DNA of 64,000 nucleotides. Source: Podarcis pityusensis. Its lineage: Eukaryota. The notes beneath the pieces were generated by a model that saw only the letters and a list, made by a program, of their open reading frames with translations, did not search any database and was not told the DNA's origin. Shown in pieces: positions 49,036 to 60,611 of this stretch. Numbering within the stretch: the first letter of the stretch is position 1; every line of letters begins with the position of its first letter. The stretch lies in assembly GCA_964106645.2 (NCBI GenBank), contig OZ067040.1; one strand, given 5' to 3'. The position numbers and the translations under genes are program-made.

Positions 49036-52000
49036 AATTCATTATACAAAGGGCTAATGTTTAAAACACTAAAGGATAAAAATTGATGTAATCATAATTC
49101 TAAAAATAAAAAACTCCACAGCAGATCCCTCAGCTGTGGTGTAAGTCTGCTTTCTTCCTGGCTTTGCAGTTTGACAAATGTACATGCATCCAGCACTGCT
49201 TCAGCTGTTACCCCTTTTTCTTCACCAATGCTTAAGGCAGGTTGCCTGTCCTTCACTGAACATTTGTAAAGTGTCATGTAAAACGCTTATACATATTTAC
49301 ATTCGTCTCTTAGCTTGGAAATAAAAAGAAGCTTTTTAAATTATGCAGTACTACTCTGGAAATTGAGTGGTGAAGGCTACTTGGTGACCTGTTGGATGCC
49401 ATCAATCAGTGCTTTCCATGACCAGCTTCTGCTGCAAACTTGCAGAATTTATTACTATTTTTTAAAACTTCCAGGAAGAGGAAGGGTAGTTTGCTTTGAA
49501 TGCAGTAAAAACGCTTGCAGATCAGCCCCAGTATGCTAATTGCATTTATTTATGTAAATTCTATACTGCCCTTTGATGTCAGTTTTCAGGGCAGTTTACA
49601 GATAAAAATGTGAATGCAAAAAATAAATTAAAACGTCAAAAACAGCAGTTAAAATTAGCAATAAGTACTTTGAAAAGCCTTTTTTTAAAGCATAGGCAGG
49701 GGGGAAATGACATGTAGGAGAACCCTGTGTTGCAGCTTATCACTGTTATCAGCACTGCCCCTCCTGGAACTAGAGCAGCACAGGTGTGGAGAGCAGCGAC
49801 AGCATTGGCTCCTCCCAAGTGGCCCAGGTCATCTTCTATACATTTTTGCATAATGGAAATGAGCCAAATTATGAAGGCAATGTGAAAAGGCGCCATTACA
49901 GTAGTATAAATGTGTGCGCACATGTGCACACACAGTCAGAAATGTTCAAGGGACATAGTAAGCTTCTCAAATGATCAAGATTTAAAGATTTTCACTAATC
50001 TCGACTCACAACAGAGATATCTATTTATGGTTCAGTGCACATCTGTGACTATGAGTAGCTTAAGAGATATCAGGACTGAGATTCAAATATGTGTGCTTTC
50101 CAAAACATCTGCTGTCATGATGTGGATTAACGCATACTTTAAACGCTTATGTATGTGCTTGGTGAGTAGCATCTATTAGGCCCTGTTTTTGTATTGACCC
50201 AGGATGCCTCCTCAGCCTTTGCTTATTCTCTTATCCAAACCACTGTAGACGTGTCATGTTTTTGCACTTTCATAACTCAATCCATGGGATGAAAAACTGG
50301 AAAGTATCTACAGTACATTTCCCCTTTGGAGCCTAATATTAGTCAGGACCTGGTAGTGCTACATGATATGGGTGAAAGGTTGTATTAAGAAATTGCAGTA
50401 CAAGGCAAAGCGATCAAGGGAGGCGCTGTGGTCCATCACCCAGTGTTATATTGATCTCATAGCCTATCTAGTTCTTGACTGCTGCTATAGATTTAAAGCC
50501 TCAGGCAAACCAGGGCCATGTCCAATGCTGTGCTGATTGCTTTTTTACATTTTTAAAAAAATGCAGCATGTTTTTCTGCTGGTGGGTAGAGTGAGATATT
50601 AAATTCTATTTACTTGAGAAAAAGCTGGCTGTTTAGCCTCATCAACAGGCACTTTGGCCATGATGAAGCAATATGGGCATATAAGATCATAAAAGAATAA
50701 AAATTCCAGATCCAAGAGTGGAAAGGCTTATAAACTGGCAAGACATAAAGCTTTTATTAGCCCGCTGATATCCCTAATTGATATAAACATGAAGCTCAGC
50801 ACAGGCCCCAGTACTTAGAAGATATGCATCTAAATAATATTTAAATGGATATTCACAGTTTAAAGCCCACAGGAGGGTGATTGTACTTGTTTTAATTAAA
50901 TGAGCTGAACCCCCCTGGATAACGGTGCATTATTCCTCCCAAATAGAATAGTATTTGTGCATAAGATTTTTTCTGCTTGGCTGGGACAGTAAAAAGCCAA
51001 ATGCTAGTACTGTACTGAGATCCATGAGATTTGACCTTGTATCACTGGTATTTTTGTATATTGTTATCTCTGCTTATGTGACCTTCTGGCAGCTGATCCG
51101 AGGAACAGACACCTTACCCACTTGGTGTGCAATTTCTGTTGGGGAAGTGCAATGCTGCTGTCTGCTCAGCTGTAAGCCCAAACTATTGCAAGCCCAGGCT
51201 GTTGATTGATCTGCAATAGGTGGGAATTGAACAGTGTTATGGTCACCACACTGTCGCTGAGAGGGAGGCAGCTGCTACCAGGAAAGTGTGTCTTCATGAC
51301 AGACTGGTTTCATTGAAACCACAGCTGTCTGTCTTGTCTATGAGGAGAAAGGGAAATAAAGAACTTCACAGGCAGGAAGTACTTACAGGACATGGAAGTC
51401 CAGGGGAAGATGGACCGGTGAACACTGGACAACTTTTATCTGGTCCCTGGTAAGACCCTGGAGGGCTAGTAAGTGATACTGGAGTAATTTTACAGAGAAG
51501 GTGTGAGGTTTCAGAAAGCCTCCCCCTGGGAGAGCAATAAGGGCAAGAGGTGTATGAGAGAGGATGGAGGGTAGTGTCAATAGGGAGTAGAGAAATGCGA
51601 GGTCAAGAGGAGAAGAGAAGCGAGAGACAAAGGCTATCCCATGGGTGTTCTACCCCATGCTTGCTGACTTGGGGCAGGCCGAGGACACCAGCAGCCTAAT
51701 TATTATTTATATCCCATATTTTCCGCTGAATTCGGTCTAGACAGAAACGACATCTGGGTGGATAATCAGAGAAGCCTGTGAAGCTAGGATTGGAGACAGC
51801 TGTCATCACTGAGTACAAATTCAATACCCCTACCTATCAGAAAGCAGGTTGAGCTTCTGCTTGTCCCAGAGCCAGAGAACCCACTTACCTGGGATCCTGA
51901 AGCTCCTCCATAACTCTCCCTTCCCTGAGAGTAATGGTGCTAATATGATAACTTACCAGATTCTGAAACCAGTGCTGGAACTTGAGGAGGAAACAAACAA

Positions 52001-52955
52001 ACACAGTAAAGCAGTGGTGCTGTGAACTCCTGCCCCCAGACCCTTTCACATATATTGTTTATTGGTTGGTTGAATATAAAATAAACACTTGATTAGTTAA
52101 GTGATTGAACAAGACTACTGTAATGTGGCCTAGTTGCTATTGGGCCATAAACCTCAATATATCTGCCTTCCTACCTCCTAAGGCCCTCAGAGAACAACAG
52201 AAAAAAATTAATTGATTTACCAGTCATAGTTATACTTTTGTGAATTATTCTAACTCCTCGTACTCATGTTATTTAAATGCGGCCTTTTTGTCTCTCTACT
52301 TCCAGAATTGTATAGCCCCTTTGACTTTGTAAGCTGAAAAGCTAAACAGAATGTCATTGTTTATATCCTTTAGGCAGTAACACCCAATTTTGTAGCAGTT
52401 AAGGATTTCCACAGGAACTCTCTTTCTGGAAGTGGATGGATTGCAGCTAGCAGAGCTGTAATGCACAATTCTTGTTTGTGTACCCTTTCTGTTCTGCTAA
52501 TAAGAAATTTTTATGTGATTTGGATAATAGGCGTTTTCGGAAGCTGCGTTTCATGACGTTGGTAGTTAAGGGAACATATTTCTGCCATAATCGGTTTGAC
52601 TGATCTTGTGCCAGAGCCTTACCAACAACATGGAGTTGTTGTTAGAATGAAAAGAGTGGGATAGAAATATGATAAATCTGTTTTCTGATTAAAAAAAATG
52701 ACTGTAAAAACCAGTCCACGTTTACTTTGCATGTATATCTTACTGGAACCTGAGGTCTTTGGAATTAGGCTGGGTAGCAAGTAATCTTGCACCCTGCATT
52801 GTAAATAGCTGGCTTCATCTGCAAAGTGCATAACACCAGTGGACACAAACTACTGTAGCCTTAAAGCCAGTTAGGAATGTACAGTACAGTTTGAGGAAAT
52901 TATTTACATATGTCAGTTTTCTGTAGTTGCACACTAATCATAATACTTCCCAGTA

Positions 52956-53049
52956 CAGTGGTACCTCGGGTTAAGAACTTAATTCATTCTGGAGGTCTGT
53001 TCTTAACCTGAAACTGTTCTTAACCTGAAGACCACTTTAGCTAATGGGG

Positions 53050-53081
<32 letters not shown>

Positions 53082-53195
53082 GCCACCGGAGCACAATTTC
53101 TGTTTTCACCCTGAAGCAAAGTACTTAACCCAAGGTACTATTTCTGGGTTAGCGGAGTCTGTAACCTGAAGCGTATGTAACCCGAGCTACCACGG
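52956..53195. mobile_element. Tigger-like MITE, family T1, with internal (CTG)10
   Basis: TA-CAGTGGTACCTCGGGTTA ... TAACCCGAGCTACCACGG-TA. Confidence 0.92.
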
Positions 53196-54749
53196 TACAG
53201 TACACATTTTTTTGAAGCGGCACAATTCCAGAAACCAGTCTTAATCAGTTCAGCAGAGCTTGCACCCAGGTAAGTGGGGTCAGGTATTTAACCTGTGTTC
53301 TCAATATGCTTAGTATAGATCTTGATAACCAGGACAACAAATTTGTGTAGTGGTGCACCAAAGGGGGAGAAAAATTAAATTGCCTCCTTTGATGGAGAAA
53401 ACCATTAGATACAACCTGTAGGTGGGAATTCTAAGAATGCCCAGAATTGGCAGAAATGTCATCAGTTCATTTATCTTAATGAACATCACTGCACCTCCCC
53501 CCCCAAAGAAACCCCTGTAGTAGTTTGGAGAGATATCAAGATTGCTGAACCTTCCACTGGACCATAATATAATTAAAACACTTGACGTTTTCATACGAAT
53601 GTTCTTAAAAGTTTTTTTAAAAATCAGTTTTGTTCATGATTGGTGATGACTGTTTTAGTTTTATAGGCAGGTTGAATATGAGAGATACTGTATAATGCCT
53701 CTGTTACACTGTAGAATGTATGAAACTATAATAGGGATTTTTCTAAGGAATGGATCCATGTGTTCCTCAGCAGTTTACATTTCCAATCAGGTAAGGAGTG
53801 GGCGGCCCATGATGGATTCATTGATCCCATTGTATACCTTTCCCTGTTGTGCAGCTGTTTACGCCTCCAGTTAGCTGGGCACCCCAGAGAAGGGAGGCAA
53901 ATCAGCAGGTATGGGAGGAGGGGGCTGATCAAATCACATTTAGCATATGTTTTTAATGCAAGCACATCTTAAATTCCCTGACTGCATCTATCCTGACATT
54001 TCTTGGTACATGCTTTCTAACAGTTTTGACTTTGACTTTGACTTGGGCTGGAGTACTTCATTGACTTCAAAGACCTGCTATCTATAACCTGTCATGCTTA
54101 TAGATACAACAAAAATAGTGGGAGGTGTCCAGTGCTCCTTTTTTGCTTGTGCATGAAAGTTCAATTTGCACAATGAAACTTTCCCTTACTTGGTTCTTCC
54201 TTACAGCCCCCTCCCCCCACCCCGGCAGACTGTCAAAACCTGCTCCAGAAGATTGGGGGGGGGGGGGACACAGATACCCCGAGCAAATGTATGGGAATGT
54301 GTGCAGATAGGGAAGAGAAGATGTAAGCCAGAATAAGCATAGTACAGCTCAAAGCAACAATCAGTATTGCAATAAATACAAATTTTTTGTGTAGTTGAAG
54401 GCCGGATTATTAAACAACCAAACCCTGAAACTAATAAAATCATAAAGTGCTTCAGAGTTATAAAGCAAGACACCTTGCCAGCCTGCACTATCTGTAATTG
54501 TAATTGATTTTTTTATTTTACAGTTTTTTTGGTCATACTAAAACTGAAGGCTCACTAAAGATGTATACGTAGAATAAGTATTAAATACAAATCTGGCTGG
54601 AATTCTGGCTTCTTAAGAAAACTGGCCTACTGGCAGCAATAATCACATGATTCAGTCCTGAGGCAAACCAAGCAAAAACATGTTGATCTGAGTTGAGGCC
54701 TGTGTGCCAGTTCTGACTCCTTCTGGTCTGATTTTACCAGGCATGGGAA

Positions 54750-54830
54750 ATATGGCCAGGCTACCTCCACGCTGGGCTACTGCAGTGCATTGTATAAGGG
54801 GCTGCCTTTGAAGACTCCCATTAGTACAAT
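54750..54830 (+). mobile_element. Small L2 ORF2 fragment
   Basis: Encodes TSTLGYCSALYKGLPLKT, homologous to SRLDYCNALYVGLPLK at ~4190. Confidence 0.6.
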
Positions 54831-55810
54831 GTTATGGGGGACACCCCCCCCACACACAAAACAGCTGTTGTGGGGGCTCAGCTTGCAACAAGTAACTTGC
54901 CAGTGAACTCTGATCAGCCCCAGTCACCATAGCCAATGGTCAGGAATGATGGGAATTGTAGCCCAGCAACTTCTTGAGGGCCTCATCACTGTTTATGAAA
55001 AACGGGATATTGGTATGTGTTTTCTGAAGTGGGGGTGGTTTTTTTTTATTCATATGTTATGTTCTAACCCAGCTGCTCCTAAACTTGTGAAGCACAGGAA
55101 TTGGTGAGCAGATGGAACAGCTGATAGAAGCAAACAGGCATTCAGGCTATGCCTAAGTTTTCCAGATGTTTTTCTTTTTTAAAAAAAGAATCTTCTAGAA
55201 TTTTTGCACTATCTCTTACTTCAGAAACCATGCTTCCTATTTTCTTTTTTATTACAATTTTGTTATAGTGATTCTAGGCTTGCCTCTTGGTAGAAAAGTT
55301 GCTCTGGGGCTTTCATATCCTTTTATTTTGCTGCTGTACATAGCTCATTGGTACAAAAGACACACAGTTAACGAGGCTGTTGAATATCTCTTGAGATGAA
55401 CATGTGCCACCACTAAAATGAAACAACTGTGTTGCTTTTTGTAGCTGATCGTGTTAAAGCATGGTTTTTCTAAATGCTTCATATGGTACTGGAATTGTGA
55501 TTTATTGTATTTGTGTTTCTGTAATTATTTATGCAGATGAGAAATTTGAGTGTTCATAGTATAATATGAAAGAACTAAAACAAATGTAGTTCAACATTTA
55601 TGTAGGGCTATTTTCTAAGCTTCAGATTAAGCTGACTATCAATATTTCTATTCAAGGATATTCTGTAAAATTTAAACCTTTTGGTATTATGTATGGAGTC
55701 ATAGAAGTGGAGATGAAGGCTGGGAGTGTTCAGTGCAAAAAAGGAACAACATGAGTAATGTGTGTGTTTTCATACTGTGCAGTTTAATTACCAGGCAGTT
55801 TAAGTTACCA

Positions 55811-56047
55811 GGTACCTCTAGTTATGAACTTAATTCATTCTGGAGGTCCGTTCTTAACCTGAAACTGTTCTTAACTAGAAGCGTGCTTTTGCTAATGGGG
55901 CCTCTTGCTGCCGCTGTGCCACCGGCACACGATTTCCATTCTCATACTGGGGCAGAGTTCTCAACTCGAGGTAACTCTTCCAGGTTAGCGGAGTTTGTAA
56001 CCTGAAGCGTTTGCAACCAGAGGCATTTGTAACTCGAGGTACCACTG
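55811..56047. mobile_element. Tigger-like MITE, family T1 (left TIR damaged)
   Basis: Same interior as 10803. Right end CTCGAGGTACCACTG-TA. Confidence 0.85.
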
Positions 56048-59000
56048 TATAGCCTTTCAAGATCAATGAGCCAAATGCAACTACTGCAGACTTTCACAAA
56101 AGAACTGCTGACAATTAAGTGAGAATATAAAATGTAACTCGTACGTTTAGGCAGCACATTGGCATGTGGCAAACACTAAAGCCTCTCCTCATCCAAGAGG
56201 GGAGGTGTTGTGGGCGGGACGCGATTTCTGCATCACTCAGGGGGCATTACGCCCCCTGCCCCACTCACCTGGCTGGTGCACCACGCCCACAGGTAAGCTC
56301 CCAACCGGGCGGCTTGGAGGGGGCGTGGTTTGCAGTTTAACTTACTGCTGTGCCAGCCATTGCGCCTCATTTTCCGCCTTCTCGTCGCGAACATAAAGAA
56401 GGCATAATCAAGGGAGAGTAGAAATGGCTGTGGAGCTTGCTCAGCTCAGACTTTGATATGAGCTTCAGAGGCACATAAGACTTACCTTAAGGAAGAGGTG
56501 ACCTTTACAAGCCTCAATATTATTATTTTTACTTGAAGTATAATTGGAGCCAGAGATGAGGAATTCCAGCATCCTTGTGTGATCCCCAGAATACCCTACC
56601 TGCTTTCCTCAAAATAGTTACCGGTTAGCAGTGTTGGGTGGCACATGGTGATAGGGAAAGAGGAAGGTCTGTTCCTTTCTCCCCTTTCTTTCTAGTGACC
56701 TGGCATTCTGCATAGCCATCACTCCTCTTGCTGCCACTGGCCAGGAAGTATTTAATGGGTGCAGGGCATTTGGAGGACTCAAGAAGCTGATGGGCTAAGG
56801 GTGCTGCATGTATTTTAAAGAAAGTAATATACAGCAACTTATATACTTCTTTTTCATTATGTATACATAGACATAAACAATTCAAAGGAAAATGGAAAGG
56901 ATAATGCTATTATTGGTAAAAATGTTATTATTAATATCCTGTTTCCAGATTGTCTTGGAAAACAAGACAAGTTATTGTTTGGGCAAGCCAGTGAGCTTGC
57001 CAGTGGGTGTGAGCTTGCCATCTCTAATGGAGAACAATGAGGACAAGTTAGAAGGTATGAATGCTAACCGAGACAAGTGTAGATTTTTGTGTAGTTTACA
57101 TTTATTCTACAATAGCTTCTGTGTTGGGTATGTTAAACATGGTCTCTTCAATTGTCCAAGTTCAGCTCTGCTAGAAAAGGTTTCTGACTTTGGAAAGGTC
57201 TGTGCAGATTATTGTTGGAGAGATGAAACTTTACTACAGTACCATATATAAATTATATCCAGGTGTTTTCAGTGTAGCAATTAGAAAGAAATCTGTATCG
57301 TATTTACCAAGTCTTAGATCTTACCATTCCTGTTTGCATTTCTTATGCTATCCAAACCAAACATATGTTAGTGCAATGTAAGATCATATTCCACATAATT
57401 TTTCATGACTGGCTTTCTTATTCCGGCTGAAGTCTTAAAGATAAACTGCTAATGTTTGCAATGGCTTTCCACACAGTGACTCTTGTGTCTTGAATTAGCT
57501 CAAATGGTGTCTTTCTATTAATTAATTAATTTATTTATCTATGTATAGTCAGGGCTTAGCATGCAAAGCTTTTTACAGGAGGAATACCCTTTCTCTATTT
57601 TTTACCTCCTCTATTATGAGAAAAGCATGTCTTTCCAGCCAAGTCCAATATTTCATTTTATTATCTGTATCTTGGGACAAATGCTAGCATCGACTAGCAT
57701 GGTCCTGCTAGCTAGGGATCATGGGAGTTGTAGGCCATAAACATCTGGAGGGCCGAGTTTGAGGAAGCCTGCTTTAGCAGAAACAAAAATAGATGAAACA
57801 CTCTTCATCCAAAAATGGATGCAGAGTGGTATAGAAAGGAATATGAAATATCCAAATACAATATGAAACATAACAAGAAATTCAGTACAATTAGGAGGAA
57901 TAAAAGCTTTCAATTAGCTAAAAATACCATAATCCAAAATGACTGGACAAACAAAGGTTTTTACCTGGTGCCAAAAAGCATACCTCCCTCAAGAGGGCAT
58001 TCCGCAGTTGGGGCACCACCACAGAGAACACTCTTATTATTATTTTTTACCTATGTAATGCAATTCTCCTAAAGATGGGCACACTGAGAATGGCCTCCTG
58101 ACAATCTTAATACACAGGCAGGTTGATACAGGAGATATTTTGCTGATGGCCCGCTGGCTAATCTGTATGCATGGAAGGCTAACATTTCCCTCTTCCTCAC
58201 ATTGGCCCAACAAAGCAGCAGTAATGCACAAGTTCAAATGGCATGTAAGAATATCTCAGAACTGGTACTTGATGCACTCTAGCTTTAGATTTGCTAAAAA
58301 TATAATAACCCTTCTCTTAGAAGCAGTCTTATGATGTATAGCAGCCCTCCTCAACATCTATCCTTCCAAGAGGCAGGTTGCCCTTATCATGCTAATTCTT
58401 TTTCCACATCTAGAGATCAGATTAAAGCACTGAGGTGCCCCCACTATACATCAGATTCCCACCTTTGCCCATTTGTCAATATGTTCATGTAAACTCTAGT
58501 AGATTCTAAGGCTTGCTGATTATTGATGATTGTCCATAGCACAGGGCTCTTCCACAAATGTTCTTAAGTTAGGTTGGGCTTAAAAAACAAAAATCTGAGC
58601 CAAAGACTCTTTCTTGGCCAAGCTTATTTCATTTACTTAATGCAAGATGCCTGACAAAACGCTACTTCCTATTATCTTTAACATCAAGTACAAATGATGT
58701 TGCCAGTACATTCATCAGGCTGGTGTGTGGTGACCAATAAATCTAGCTCAGTAAGTACCAGATCATTATAACTTGTCTTTGTTATTCACTCCATTAACAT
58801 CAATCATGATGGTTGCTTCTGGTATTCACATGGTCCCAGACTAATTCTCTAGGAATTCAATAGCAATCCATCATTTATGCTGTATGGTATTATGTTGCCA
58901 AAAAATCTGAAGCATTTATAAGAAGGGAATATTCCAGTGCAAATGACAATCTCAAAAGGAAGTGTTGAACACCTGCTGTTCTGAAGTGCTATAAGTTCTT

Positions 59001-59470
59001 TACTTTTACTAGGTGTTTGCTTCTTCTCTCTTAAAATATGATTTTTTCTTTCACCTGGCTGTTTCCTCTATACTGAGCCTTGCATTCTGTGAACATGCTG
59101 TGAAACAGTATGTAGTAGCAGACAGCACATTTATTAGTTTTTATTAAAGTTTTAACTTATTTGATTCAAGAGTTGGATCAATTATGCAGTATGTCTTCTG
59201 GAAGACGTTTCTCCCAGTGAAGTGGCTCTCATTTAGCGTTTGCCAACCTGATGCCCTCCAGACATTTTGGACTACAGCTCCCCATTAGCCTCAGCTACCA
59301 TAGTCGTTGTAATCCAATACACCTGGAGGGCACCAGGTTGGCAAAGGTTGAACTATAGAATGAATTTCCGATGCAGCAGAGCTGATATTGGCAAAAAAGC
59401 TCATGTTAACAAGTGTACATATCTCCCAGGCCTGGAAACTAGATATTGTTAGTGCTGTTATTTGTGTTTA

Positions 59471-60611
59471 CCGTATTTTTCGCTCCATAGGACGCACTTT
59501 TTCCCCTCCAAAAATGAAGGGGAAATGTGTGTGCGTCCTATGGAGCGAATGCAGGCTTTCGCTGAAGCCTGGAGAGCGAGAGGCATCGGTGCGCACCGAC
59601 CCCTCTCGCTCTCCAGGCTTCAGGAAGCTATCCGCAAGCCTTGCAAGCCCGGTGGGAGTTCCCGCGGGCTCACAAGGCTTGCAGGCAGCAGCCTGCAGCC
59701 CCGGCGAGTGTCCGCAAGCCTTGCGCGCCCGGCAGGAGGTCCCGCCGAGCGCGCGAGGCTTGGGGCAGCAGCCTGTCGCCCGAAGCACGGGGAGCCCTCC
59801 GGAGGGCTCCCCATGCTTCGGGCGAGTGTCTGCAAGCCTTGCGCGCCCGGCAGGAGGTCCCGCCCAGCGCGCAAGGCTTGGGGCGGCAGCCTGTCGCCCG
59901 AAGCACGGGGAGCCCTCCGGAGGGCTCCCCGTGCTTCGGGCGAGTGTCTGCAAGCCTTGCGCGCCCGGCAGGAGGTCCCGCCGAGCGCGCGAGGCTTCGG
60001 GCGGCAGCTTGTCGCCCGAAGCACGGGGAGCCCTCCGGAGGGCTCCCCGTGCTTCGGACGAGTGTCTGCAAGCCTTGCGCGCCCGGCAGGAGGTCCCGCC
60101 CAGCGCGCAAGGCTTGGGGCTGCAGCTTGTCGCCCGAAGCACGGGGAGCCCTCCGGAGGGCTCCCCTTGCTTCGGGCGAGTGTCTGCAAGCCTTGCGCGC
60201 CCGGCAGGAGGTCCCCCCCAGCGCGCAAGGCTTGGGGCTGCAGCTTGTCGCCCGAAGCACGGGGAGCCCTCCGGAGGGCTCCCCTTGCTTCGGGCGAGTG
60301 TCTGCAAGCCTTGCGCGCCCGGCAGGAGGTCCCGCCGAGCGCGCAAGGCTTGGGGCGGCAGTCTGTCGCCCGAAGCACAGGGAGCCCTCCGGAGGGCTCC
60401 CCGTGCTTCGGGCGAGTGTCTGCAAGCCTCGCGCGCCCGGTGGGAGGTCCCGCCGAGCGCGCGAGGCTTGGGGCGGTAGCCTGCAGCCGGAAGCACGCGA
60501 GGCTTGGGGCGGCAGCCGCGGGGGGGGGGATAATTTTTTTTATTCATTTCCCCCCCCAAAAAACGAGGTGCGTCCTATGGACCGGTGCGTCCTATAGAAC
60601 GAAAAATACGG
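59471..60611. mobile_element. Tc2/pogo-type MITE, family P, copy C (complete, opposite orientation to A and B)
   Basis: TA-CCGTATTTTTCGCTCCATAGGACGCAC ... GTGCGTCCTATAGAACGAAAAATACGG-TA. The left ~80 bp is the reverse complement of copy A's right end. Confidence 0.93.
59705..60480. repeat. 118-bp GC-rich tandem array (6 full units plus a partial seventh) of paired hairpins inside MITE copy C
   Basis: CGAGTGTC recurs at 59705, 59823, 59941, 60059, 60177, 60295 and 60413. Confidence 0.97.

Noticed and set aside
59705-60480. CRISPR-like array of palindromic repeats
   Set aside because: There are no unique spacers (whole units repeat), no cas genes, and the context is a vertebrate intron.
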